A DNA stretch of 64,000 nt from Myxococcales bacterium (GTDB lineage: Bacteria > Myxococcota_A > UBA9042 > JABWCM01 > BTVJ01), in contig BTVJ01000005.1 in NCBI GenBank assembly GCA_045863395.1, forward strand, positions 32,001 to 96,000. The letters run 5' to 3'. Of the stretch, positions 21,497 to 30,262 are shown piece after piece. Below the pieces are notes generated by a model that did no database searches, was not told where the DNA came from, and saw only the letters and a program-made list of their open reading frames with translations. Every line of letters starts with the position of its first letter. The first letter of the stretch is position 1. Position numbers and translations under genes: made by a program.

Positions 21497-24275
21497 CGCC
21501 GTCCTCCTTGCCTCGGCGCGGCTTCTTGCGCGCGGCTCCGTCCGGCGCCCCGGTGGACGTCGGCACCACTTGCGACACGCCGCCACCTCGGGCCCGCTGC
21601 CGCTCCTCTTCGCCGGGGATCTTCGGGTACTCCGGGCGCACGTGGTACATGCTGACGAGGATGCGCGTGAAGCTGCGCTCGATCTCGTGCAGGTCCCGCA
21701 GCGTCAGATCGCACTCGTCGAGCTGCCCGTCGATGAACTTCCCGTTGATGATCTTCTTGACCAGCCCCTTGATGCGCGCGGGCGTCGGCTCGGGCAGCGA
21801 CCGCGCCGCCGCCTCGACGCCGTCGGCCAGCATGACCAGCGCGGTCTCCCGCTTCTGCGGCCGGGGCCCCGGGTAGCGATAGTCCGCCTCATCGACCTCC
21901 TCCACGGTCGCCATCTCCTTGGCGCGCGCGTAGAAGTACCCGATGAGCGCGGTCCCGTGGTGCTGCGGCACGAAGTCCACGATGTCCTGGGGCAGCCGGT
22001 GCCCCCGTGCGATCTCGATGCCGTCCTTCACGTGGCTCTTGATGATCAGGGCGCTCATCTGCGGCTTGAGCTTGTCGTGCGGGTTCTCGCCTGCCTGATT
22101 CTCTGCGAAATACCTCGGGTTCCGCATCTTGCCGAGGTCGTGGTAGTAGGCCCCCACCCGCGTGAGCAGCGGGTTGGCCCCGATGGTCTCAGCCGCCGCC
22201 TCCGCCAGATTTCCCACCATGACGCTGTGGTGGTAGGTGCCCGGCGCCTTCATGGAGAGCTCCTTGAGCGCGGGCTGCGTGATGTTCGCCAGCTCCAGCA
22301 GCTTGATGTCCGTCGTGTAGCCGAACCCGTACTCGAGCGCCGGCGTCAGGGCGAGTACGAGCAGATAGTTGAGCACCCCGCCGACCACTCCGGCCAGCGC
22401 CATGGAGAGGAGGGTCGTGTCCAGCCGCCCCGAGTGGATCACGGCGAGGGTGACGACCACCACGGCGTTGACCGCGCCGACGAAGAAGCCGGCCCGCAGG
22501 AGCGAGGTGCGCTGCCGGATGTCGTGCATCGCGTAGGTGCCGGCCAGGCTGGTCAGCAGCGCATAGACCACGACGATCTGCGGGAGGCTGTTCTCCCAGT
22601 CGGGCAGTACGCGCTCGTGGAAGGCCAGGCCCACCAGAAGGGAGACGAGCACCGAGAAGAAGACGGCGGCCTCCACCGACAGGAAGAGCCGGACCAGCAT
22701 GGCCCCCATGCCGAACGGGATAGCCAGGTAGAAGGCGATCTCGGGAACGCTCTCCCACACGGTGAGCACGCCGTCCATCACCTGCGCCAGCATCTCCACC
22801 AGCGCCACCTGCACCAGCGCGACGAGCCCGAACAACGCCAGGTCCCTGTCTCCCCGGAGCATCTTTCGCACGTCGCGGCTGGAGAACAGCCACAGGAACG
22901 CGAACACCAGCACACAAAACGCGAGCAGCCCGCCGACGACCACCAGGCGGTTCGTCTGGCTCTGCGCCTCGACCATCGCCTTGAGGACGGCGACGTCGTC
23001 CTCGGTGACCCTCTCGCCACGGGCCACGATCTTCTGTCCCTTCTGGTAGGAGACGCGGGTCACGGGCTCCACGGCCCGCCGCGCTCTCTCGATCTCGTCC
23101 TTGGTGGCGCGCGCGTCGTAGACGTAGTTCTCGTCGATCATGGCCGACGCGATCTCGACCAGGGAGTTCTGCTGCCGGGGACCCAGGACCAGGGCCTCCT
23201 GAGGCATCTGATCCGGCGGCCGCGCCAGCAGGTCGGCCAGCAGCGTCCGCGCCCGCTCTGCCGCCAGGGTCCGCGCTGTGTCCAGCTCGACGAACAGGTC
23301 GAGATCATCGACGGTGAACACCGTCTGCTGGGTGGGGTCTCGGACCCCCCTGCGCAGCCGGTCCTCGAGCTGGTACCGCATGCGGACGATGCGGTTCTCC
23401 ATCACCCCCTTGATCACCTGCTTGATCACGCGCTCGCCGGCCTCGTCGAAGCCTTGCTGCACCAGCGCGGCGAAGTCGTCCGCGTCGAAGGTCGGCCCCA
23501 ATCGCAGGATGTCCTGGAACTGGAGCTGGAGCTTCCCGACGGCGTCCTCGAAGGCCGCCAGCTCCGTGCGCACCGCGGCTTCGTGATCCGTGACCTTCGC
23601 CGCGATGAGCTGGTCGATCTCTGTGAGCTCCGCCACAAAGTCGCGCGTCGGGAGCGGCGGAGGCTCCGCCTCGACGACCGGCGCGGTCCCATCGGCGCCG
23701 GCGTCGCCGGAGCCTGCTGGCTCCTTTGGCACATCGCCTGCCGGGGCCTCCTCCCGCTCCTTGCGCCTCTCGTCGTGTTCCAGGCGGAGGCGCTCGTGCT
23801 CCACCTGCTCCGCCTGGATGGCCTCCCGTCGCGCCTCGAGCTGCAGCCGAGTGGTCTCGAGGTCCGCCTTGAGCTCTGCGAGGCGAGCGCGGTGGGCACG
23901 AACCACGGGTCGAGCCACCTCATACGCGCGCCCCACCAGCTCGAGGGCGTGGTCGCGCTTCTCCGGCAGCGAGCGATAGATCGGGAGGACCTGCTCCTCG
24001 GCAGCCTGCCGCTGCGCCTCGACCAGAGGGTTCGGGCGCTCGAACGGGAAGTCGATGGTCGCATCCCAGTTGCGCGCCGCGATGACGCCGACCCGCGGCA
24101 GCTCCTGGTCCCGGAGCTTGGGCCCGAGCAGGGTCACGATGGCGCCGATGATGAAGACGGCATAGAGGACGCGCAGGACGGGGTTGTCCGGCGACCACGA
24201 GCGCCACGACGCCTTCCCCTTGCCCTCGGCGAGCCGGCGCAGGGTGGTGGTCTTCTTGCGGATCTTGTCCATCAT
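21396..24275 (-). CDS. 7TM-HD (HDIG) phosphohydrolase, PgpH-like
   Basis: N-terminal TM, large extracytoplasmic domain, 7 TMs, then APGTYHHS, YYHDLGK, IIKSHV, QHHGT, YPGPRPQ, LADGVEAA and RPEYP. Confidence 0.92.
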   Translation of the reverse strand: MMDKIRKKTTTLRRLAEGKGKASWRSWSPDNPVLRVLYAVFIIGAIVTLLGPKLRDQELPRVGVIAARNWDATIDFPFERPNPLVEAQRQAAEEQVLPIYRSLPEKRDHALELVGRAYEVARPVVRAHRARLAELKADLETTRLQLEARREAIQAEQVEHERLRLEHDERRKEREEAPAGDVPKEPAGSGDAGADGTAPVVEAEPPPLPTRDFVAELTEIDQLIAAKVTDHEAAVRTELAAFEDAVGKLQLQFQDILRLGPTFDADDFAALVQQGFDEAGERVIKQVIKGVMENRIVRMRYQLEDRLRRGVRDPTQQTVFTVDDLDLFVELDTARTLAAERARTLLADLLARPPDQMPQEALVLGPRQQNSLVEIASAMIDENYVYDARATKDEIERARRAVEPVTRVSYQKGQKIVARGERVTEDDVAVLKAMVEAQSQTNRLVVVGGLLAFCVLVFAFLWLFSSRDVRKMLRGDRDLALFGLVALVQVALVEMLAQVMDGVLTVWESVPEIAFYLAIPFGMGAMLVRLFLSVEAAVFFSVLVSLLVGLAFHERVLPDWENSLPQIVVVYALLTSLAGTYAMHDIRQRTSLLRAGFFVGAVNAVVVVTLAVIHSGRLDTTLLSMALAGVVGGVLNYLLVLALTPALEYGFGYTTDIKLLELANITQPALKELSMKAPGTYHHSVMVGNLAEAAAETIGANPLLTRVGAYYHDLGKMRNPRYFAENQAGENPHDKLKPQMSALIIKSHVKDGIEIARGHRLPQDIVDFVPQHHGTALIGYFYARAKEMATVEEVDEADYRYPGPRPQKRETALVMLADGVEAAARSLPEPTPARIKGLVKKIINGKFIDGQLDECDLTLRDLHEIERSFTRILVSMYHVRPEYPKIPGEEERQRARGGGVSQVVPTSTGAPDGAARKKPRRGKEDGDASRVEQPPAEEKGRDGAPEGTGSGDPGAPGPR

Positions 24276-24285
24276 GGCAGGACCG

Positions 24286-24314
24286 ACCGTACATCGACCG
24301 CCGCGCAGGGTCAA
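24286..24314 (-). promoter_or_regulatory. Sigma70-type promoter immediately upstream of the 7TM-HD gene
   Basis: TTGACC-17 nt-TACGGT, 10 nt before the ATG. Confidence 0.5.
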
Positions 24315-24332
24315 TGTGCGGGAGGGCGCCCC

Positions 24333-24776
24333 CTACTGCCCGTTCTTCACGAGGGTGACGACCGTGCCTCGGGGCAGGTTGGGCCGGATGCTGACCTCGT
24401 CCACGAGCTGCTGCATGCGCCGGAGACCACAGGCGTCGCCCACGTCGTCGCCACGCCCCTGGATCAGCAGCCGGTAGGGGAACCCATCCCCCCGATCGAC
24501 GACCTCGACGATGATCCGGGACTCCCCGGGGTAGAAGCGGACCTCGACCGCCCCGTCCCGGATGCGCCGGTACGCATGGGCCGTGGCGTTGTCGAAGGCC
24601 TCCCCCACGGCGCGCGCCAGGTCCTCGGCCCCTGACACGTCAATTCCCCCCTGCCCGGCGAGCTCCCTGGCCGTCGACACGAGGACCCCCCGGTACTGGG
24701 GCGTCGCAGGCGTTCTCAGGATCACTGCGTCGACCACCTCCGCGCGCTGCACGGTGGTCTGCCTCCAGGTGGTCAT
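24333..24776 (-). CDS. RsbW-like anti-sigma/HATPase_c protein
   Basis: EAFDNATAH (N box), VVDRGDGF (G1 box), GLRRMQQLVDEV, GTVVTLVK. Confidence 0.85.
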   Translation of the reverse strand: MTTWRQTTVQRAEVVDAVILRTPATPQYRGVLVSTARELAGQGGIDVSGAEDLARAVGEAFDNATAHAYRRIRDGAVEVRFYPGESRIIVEVVDRGDGFPYRLLIQGRGDDVGDACGLRRMQQLVDEVSIRPNLPRGTVVTLVKNGQ

Positions 24777-24855
24777 GCGGGGCCTCCTGTCGCACGGGTC
24801 ACGGGGGTCAATCGGTCGGGCGCGCGAAAGGGTTTAGAGGCCATCGCACTTGCCA

Positions 24856-26364
24856 TCAGTCGTAGTAGAACGGGTTGGCCCGCCCGAAGGTAGCGGCCCC
24901 GAACAGGTTGACGACGACGCCGATCAGGATCAAGGCGATGAAACCCCGGCCGATGTGTCGCCGGTCGATGGCGAGCATGGCGATGAGATAGGGGGTCCAG
25001 TCGAGGCTGAACCGGTAACCGAACTGCGCCCACCCCGTGTTCTGGTAGAGCGCCGCGGGCACGGACACGCAGAGCACGGTGATCAAGAGGGACCACCACA
25101 GGGTGGACTTGGGCCCCCTCGGCCAGAGCAGCGCCAGGAACGCCGGGGTGGTGGCGATGAGCCCCAGGCCGTGCCTCGTCACCTGAACGAAGGGCTGCTC
25201 GAATGAGAAGACGGGCATGTTCGTGAGCATGGCGCTCAGGTTCCGGTTCAGGAACCAGAAGCTGAACAGCCCGTGCTCCCGGATGGCGGGGCGGGCCCCC
25301 TCTACCAGGTAGGTGTGACCGAACTCGAAGGGCGCCCCGAAGCGCGCGGTGTTGAACCACATGATGGCGAGGCCCCCGATGATGCCCGGGACGGAGAACC
25401 ACGCGAGCTTGCGCGCCATGGCAGCCCACCCGATGCGCTCGCCGTCCTCGCGGCGGGCCCACCAGAGCTGCAGCAGGAAGAACGGCGTGGCGAAGAGGAT
25501 CGGAGTGCGGGTCGCGAACCCGAGCACCAGGAAGGCCCCGGCGAGCAGGGGGTGCCGGGCGTCGAGGGAGGCGAGGATGTAGGCGGTGTTGAGCGTCAAC
25601 CCGATCACGAGGGCGGTGAACCACACCTCACCGCGGACGGAGCTGAAGAACGCGACGGTCCCGAACGCGAACAGCACGGTGAGCCACAGGTGCTCGCGGA
25701 GCTGGCGCTCCGAGTGGCCGCGCCGCGAGAGCACGCGCATCATCCCGAAGATCAGCACGGCGTTGAGCGCCGCAAAGAGGATGGTCACGAGCACGTCGTT
25801 GACGTGGTAGCCCCAGATGGCGACGAGCGGCATCATGACGAGGCTCGGGACCGGGGGGAATGAGATGTAGTAGCGCACCTCGTCGCACTTCTTGTGCTTC
25901 GCCGTCGGGTCGCACCCCCGCGCGATGTCGGTCGCCGGGTCGATGCGCATCCACTCGCCGGTCAGCGTCCGGAACTCCCGGCGCTTGTCGCCCTTGTCGT
26001 CCTTCCAGGGCCACACCCCCGCCACGGTCTCGCCGCTGTTCAGGGTGAGCACCCGGTAGCTGGCCCAGTCGTTCCACCCGATGGCCTTGCCGTCGGGGCC
26101 CGTCAGCGCCCGGTCGATGGCCTCCCGATAGCCAGGAGGATCGTCGGGCTTCGCAGGACCGCCCAGGCGCTGGCGAGGGGTGTCGGTGTCGAGGCGGCCG
26201 TTCAGGAACGACCAGGCCATGTCGACGAAGTGGAAGTGAGGCGAGGGCTGCTTCACCCGGTCCCAGGACACGAGCGCATAGACCCCCGCGACGACGGCGA
26301 AGATGGCCGCAAACAGCGCCCACTGGCGCCAGATCGAGGTCGGTACGACGGGGCCGTCTTGCAC
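24856..26364 (-). CDS. Polytopic membrane protein, GT-C glycosyltransferase-like
   Basis: About 11 hydrophobic segments with a large first loop; YYISFPP, FNTARFGAPFEFGH and GWAQFGYRFSLD motifs. Confidence 0.65.
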   Translation of the reverse strand: MQDGPVVPTSIWRQWALFAAIFAVVAGVYALVSWDRVKQPSPHFHFVDMAWSFLNGRLDTDTPRQRLGGPAKPDDPPGYREAIDRALTGPDGKAIGWNDWASYRVLTLNSGETVAGVWPWKDDKGDKRREFRTLTGEWMRIDPATDIARGCDPTAKHKKCDEVRYYISFPPVPSLVMMPLVAIWGYHVNDVLVTILFAALNAVLIFGMMRVLSRRGHSERQLREHLWLTVLFAFGTVAFFSSVRGEVWFTALVIGLTLNTAYILASLDARHPLLAGAFLVLGFATRTPILFATPFFLLQLWWARREDGERIGWAAMARKLAWFSVPGIIGGLAIMWFNTARFGAPFEFGHTYLVEGARPAIREHGLFSFWFLNRNLSAMLTNMPVFSFEQPFVQVTRHGLGLIATTPAFLALLWPRGPKSTLWWSLLITVLCVSVPAALYQNTGWAQFGYRFSLDWTPYLIAMLAIDRRHIGRGFIALILIGVVVNLFGAATFGRANPFYYD

Positions 26365-26394
26365 GATGCTCTCCAGAGCTCCGGAGCGGCGCGT

Positions 26395-26423
26395 ACCCTA
26401 CAAAGGGCGCCCAACCCTGTCAA
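26395..26423 (-). promoter_or_regulatory. Sigma70-type promoter
   Basis: TTGACA-17 nt-TAGGGT. Confidence 0.55.
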
Positions 26424-26485
26424 TTGAGCGAGGCGGAAGCGAACAGCCGTGACATGGGTCCGCATCGCGGGTAGAGTCACCCGCC

Positions 26486-26668
26486 ATGAAGCAGGGCTCC
26501 ATCATGTGGATCGTGGTCTTCGTGGTGCTGGTCGCAGCGCTCTTCGTCGTGCTGCGGTTCGCGCTGAAGGCGCTCAGCGCGCTCCTCTACTACGGTGTCA
26601 TGCTCGGGGCCGCCGTCGTGCTCGCGCTGGTGATCCTCGGCTGGCTCCGTCGAGGCAAGACCAAGTGA
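26486..26668 (+). CDS. Small two-TM membrane protein
   Basis: 60 aa, two hydrophobic helices, basic tail; GTGA overlap with the next gene. Confidence 0.7.
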   Translation: MKQGSIMWIVVFVVLVAALFVVLRFALKALSALLYYGVMLGAAVVLALVILGWLRRGKTK

Positions 26669-27561
26669 CCCCCGCGCGTGTCTCCCCCCTCATCGTCCTC
26701 CTGGTCCTCGGATGCGCCCTGCCCGCAGCGGCCCAGCTCCGCGAGGCCGCGGCCGGCATGGGCGCCCTCGGCAAGGCCGACTCCGTCCGTGCGTCGGGCT
26801 ACGCCAACGACGGCATCTACTTCAACCCGGCAGGCCTGGCTCAGGTCATGATGTACTCCATCGAGACCGGGTACACCTATCAGAACGAGGTGGCGGGCCA
26901 CGTCTTCGACGTCTCCATCGCCGACAGCGCGACCAACGAGTACATCGCTGTGGGGCTGGCCTACTCCTACTTCGACACGGCCCAGGTGCCGGGCTTCACG
27001 GTCCCCGGGACCGACTCGAGGGTCGGCCACCAGCTCCGCGCCGCGCTGGCGTCGGGCTATCGGGCCAAGGACTTCAGCGCCTTCGTCGGCGTCGGCGTCC
27101 GCTGGATCAACCTGACCCTGGCCGACCGGAGCGCCGTGGACCCGGTCACCATGGACGCGGGCATCCTCCTCGTCATCAAGAACCTGATCCGCATCGGCGT
27201 CACCGGCCACAACCTCATCGAGCACCCAGACGAGCGCCACGAGGTGCCCCGCCAGATCGGCACCGGCGTGTCCGTGGCACTGTCGGGCTTCCTCGCAGAG
27301 TTCGACGCAGTCGTCGACTTCGACACGCGGTCGGAGACCATGGCCCAGTACAGCGTCGGCCTGGAGTACGACATTGCCCAGATGCTGCCCATCCGCGCGG
27401 GTTACATGTACAGCGGGGTCCTCGACCGGCACCGCATCGCCGTGGGCGTCGGGTACTACTCCCAGATCGTGGGCGTGGACGTGGGCTACCTCCAGGACGT
27501 CTCCAGCGCCGACAAGAGCGACGCCACCGTCGGCCTCGACCTGCGCATCTTCCTGCCGTAG
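26665..27561 (+). CDS. Outer-membrane beta-barrel, PorV/FadL-like
   Basis: Signal peptide; GMGALG...NDGIYFNPAGLA motif; amphipathic strands; ends LDLRIFLP. Confidence 0.75.
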   Translation: MTPARVSPLIVLLVLGCALPAAAQLREAAAGMGALGKADSVRASGYANDGIYFNPAGLAQVMMYSIETGYTYQNEVAGHVFDVSIADSATNEYIAVGLAYSYFDTAQVPGFTVPGTDSRVGHQLRAALASGYRAKDFSAFVGVGVRWINLTLADRSAVDPVTMDAGILLVIKNLIRIGVTGHNLIEHPDERHEVPRQIGTGVSVALSGFLAEFDAVVDFDTRSETMAQYSVGLEYDIAQMLPIRAGYMYSGVLDRHRIAVGVGYYSQIVGVDVGYLQDVSSADKSDATVGLDLRIFLP

Positions 27562-27642
27562 CCAGCACATCGGACGGGGGGCCGCGGGGGCCCGGGGCGC
27601 GCCCCGGATGAGCCACGCGCTGGGCTACGGCCCTCGCGCGGC

Positions 27643-27671
27643 TTGACACCCCGAGGCAGCTTCACTATACA
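27643..27671 (+). promoter_or_regulatory. Sigma70 promoter of metK
   Basis: TTGACA-17 nt-TATACA. Confidence 0.75.
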
Positions 27672-27754
27672 GCGGTTCCTTTCGCCGGACCGCAGCCCCG
27701 AAGGTCGCGCGCCGCAGCGAGCGCTCGAACATCGTGCCGTACAGGAGGTGGCCC

Positions 27755-28924
27755 TTGGCCCTCGACAACTTCGTCTTCACCAGTGAGTCCGTCACCGAGG
27801 GGCACCCCGACAAGGTGGCCGATCAGATCTCCGACGCCGTCCTCGACGCGATCCTGGAGCACGATCCCGCTGGGCGCGTGGCCTGCGAGACGCTGGTCAC
27901 CACCGGCCTCGCGCTGATCGCGGGCGAGATCACCACGAGCTGCTACGTCGACATGCCCGAGATCGTCCGGGAGACCATCCGGGACATCGGCTACACCGAC
28001 GCTTCGATGGGCTTCGACTTCGAGACCTGTGCGGTGCTGACCTCCATCGACAAGCAGTCGCCGGACATCTCGCAGGGGGTGACCCGGACCCTGGAGCAGA
28101 TCCTGGATCAGGGCGCCGGCGACCAGGGCCTGATGTTCGGCTACGCCATCGACGAGACCCCCGAGCGCATGCCGCTGCCCATCATGCTGGCCCACGCCGT
28201 GACGCGGCGCCTGTCCGCCACCCGGAAGGACGGTACCCTGCCCTGGGCGCGCCCGGACGGCAAGTCCCAGGTGACCATCGAGTACCGCAACGGGCGGCCG
28301 CACCGCATCGACGCGGTCGTCGTGTCCACGCAGCACACGGAGGCCGTGACCCACAACGCCATTCGGGAGGCGATCATCGAGACGGTGATCAAGCCGGTCA
28401 TCCCAGCGGAGCTGATCGACGCCGACACCAAGTACTACGTCAACCCGACGGGGCGCTTCGTGGTCGGTGGCCCCAAGGGCGACTGCGGCCTGACCGGCCG
28501 CAAGATCATCGTGGACACCTATGGCGGCTGGGCGCGCCACGGCGGCGGGGCCTTCAGCGGCAAGGACCCGAGCAAGGTGGACCGCAGCGCCACCTACTAC
28601 GCCCGCTATGCGGCCCGCAACGTTCTGGCGGCGGGCCTCGCGACCCAGTGCGAGGTGCAGGTCGCATACGCCATCGGGGTGGCGGACCCGGTGAGCGTGC
28701 GCGTCGACTCCTTCGGCACGGGCATCGTGCCCGACGAGCGCATCGCTGCCGCGGTGCGAGAGGTCTTCGACTTCCGACCCGCGTCGATCATCCGCCAGCT
28801 CGACCTGCTGCGCCCCATCTATCGCCAGACGGCCGCCTATGGCCACTTCGGGCGCTCCGAGTCCTCTTTTACGTGGGAGCGCGAGGACCGCGCCGACGCC
28901 CTCCGGGACGCCGCCAGGCTCTGA
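27755..28924 (+). CDS. metK: S-adenosylmethionine synthetase
   Basis: [19 protein letters not shown] and GGGAFSGKD motifs; TTG start after AGGAGGT. Confidence 0.98.
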   Translation: MALDNFVFTSESVTEGHPDKVADQISDAVLDAILEHDPAGRVACETLVTTGLALIAGEITTSCYVDMPEIVRETIRDIGYTDASMGFDFETCAVLTSIDKQSPDISQGVTRTLEQILDQGAGDQGLMFGYAIDETPERMPLPIMLAHAVTRRLSATRKDGTLPWARPDGKSQVTIEYRNGRPHRIDAVVVSTQHTEAVTHNAIREAIIETVIKPVIPAELIDADTKYYVNPTGRFVVGGPKGDCGLTGRKIIVDTYGGWARHGGGAFSGKDPSKVDRSATYYARYAARNVLAAGLATQCEVQVAYAIGVADPVSVRVDSFGTGIVPDERIAAAVREVFDFRPASIIRQLDLLRPIYRQTAAYGHFGRSESSFTWEREDRADALRDAARL

Positions 28925-28940
28925 GCCTCGAACGAGGCGC

Positions 28941-28969
28941 TTGACAATCCTGGACCCGGGAAATATAAA
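28941..28969 (+). promoter_or_regulatory. Sigma70 promoter of rplM-rpsI
   Basis: TTGACA-17 nt-TATAAA. Confidence 0.8.
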
Positions 28970-29027
28970 GCCCGACTTCGCGCGGTGGACGACCCTCCGC
29001 GCCTCGCTTCGAGTGAAGGACACAGCC

Positions 29028-29468
29028 ATGAAAACGACGGTTAGCGCCAAGCCGGGCAGCGTCGAGCGCCAGTGGTGGATTGTGGACCTCGAGGGCCAGA
29101 CCCTCGGCCGCGCCGCCTGCCGTATCGCCGCCGTGCTCCGCGGCAAGCACAAGCCCGTCTACACCCCCCACGCCGACGCGGGCGACTTCGTCATCGTGGT
29201 CAATGCCGGCCAGGTCGGCACGACCGGCCGCAAAGAGGACCAGAAGGTGTACTACAGGCACACCGGCTGGTTCGGCGGCATCAAGGGCGTCACGCTGGCC
29301 AAGCTGCGGGAGCAGAAGCCGACCGACGTCGTGACGACGGCCGTGCGAGGCATGCTCCCCAAGACCCCACTCGGCCGCAAGATGCTCCGCAAGCTCAAGG
29401 TCTACGCGGGCCCCGAGCACCGGCACCAGGCGCAGCAGCCCAAGCCCCTCGATCTCAAGCAGGTCTGA
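29028..29468 (+). CDS. rplM: 50S ribosomal protein L13
   Basis: [21 protein letters not shown] and GMLPK motifs. Confidence 0.98.
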   Translation: MKTTVSAKPGSVERQWWIVDLEGQTLGRAACRIAAVLRGKHKPVYTPHADAGDFVIVVNAGQVGTTGRKEDQKVYYRHTGWFGGIKGVTLAKLREQKPTDVVTTAVRGMLPKTPLGRKMLRKLKVYAGPEHRHQAQQPKPLDLKQV

Positions 29469-29500
29469 AGCAAGTCACGCAAGGTCTGACGCAGGTGGAC

Positions 29501-29899
29501 ATGAACACGCAGAATCGATTCTATGGCACGGGCCGGCGCAGAACCGCAACGGCCCGCGTGTACCTCTCCCACGGCGGCACGGGCACCGTGCTGGTCAACA
29601 AGCGGCCCATCGGCGAGTACCTGCGGCGCGCGACCCTCGAGATGGTCGTGAACCAGGCCTTCGAGCTGACCGAGACCGAGGGTCAGTTCGACGTCAAGGT
29701 CACGGTCCGGGGCGGCGGGCTCAGCGGCCAGGCTGGCGCAATCAAGCACGGCATCAGCCGCGCCCTCTGTCGGTTCAACCCGGAGCTGCGGGGAACCCTC
29801 AAGCGGGCGGGCTTCCTGACGCGCGACGCGCGGATCAAGGAGCGCAAGAAGCCCGGCCGCGCAGCCGCTCGCGCGCGCTTCCAGTTCTCCAAGCGCTGA
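29501..29899 (+). CDS. rpsI: 30S ribosomal protein S9
   Basis: [16 protein letters not shown] and QFSKR motifs. Confidence 0.98.
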   Translation: MNTQNRFYGTGRRRTATARVYLSHGGTGTVLVNKRPIGEYLRRATLEMVVNQAFELTETEGQFDVKVTVRGGGLSGQAGAIKHGISRALCRFNPELRGTLKRAGFLTRDARIKERKKPGRAAARARFQFSKR

Positions 29900-30093
29900 G
29901 AGCCCCGCCGAGTCGGCTGGCCGTTGCGCGTACTGCGGACGCACGCAGTCCCCTCTCCCTCCGTCCCAGGCAACGTGCTCACGAGGCAGCGCGACGCGCC
30001 GGTGTCCTTGCACTCCCGCGTCATGCCTGCCTCCAGCGCGCGGGCCGACAGCAGATCCGCAGTCATTCCAGGATCTTGCACCCGCCGTTGGCG

Positions 30094-30122
30094 TTGACAA
30101 CGCGCCCCCGGATCCGTATGAT
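30094..30122 (+). promoter_or_regulatory. Sigma70 promoter of gyrA
   Basis: TTGACA-17 nt-TATGAT. Confidence 0.8.
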
Positions 30123-30262
30123 ACGCCGGCCTTGAACGCGGGCCTCTACCGCTCCGAGACAGGGAGGGGCGGCCCCCAGCGCCTGCGCGGCCGAGGCAGA
30201 ACCCACCGACGTCCCGCGCGCCGGGGGCGCAGTACACGCACGATCCCAGCCGGAATGAGAGC

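Noticed and set aside
27672..27754. SAM riboswitch upstream of metK
   Set aside because: The leader is only ~77 nt and shows no SAM-I-like core that I can recognise.
29455..29500. Short repeats (caggtctga/aaggtctga) between rplM and rpsI
   Set aside because: Too short and irregular to support a function.
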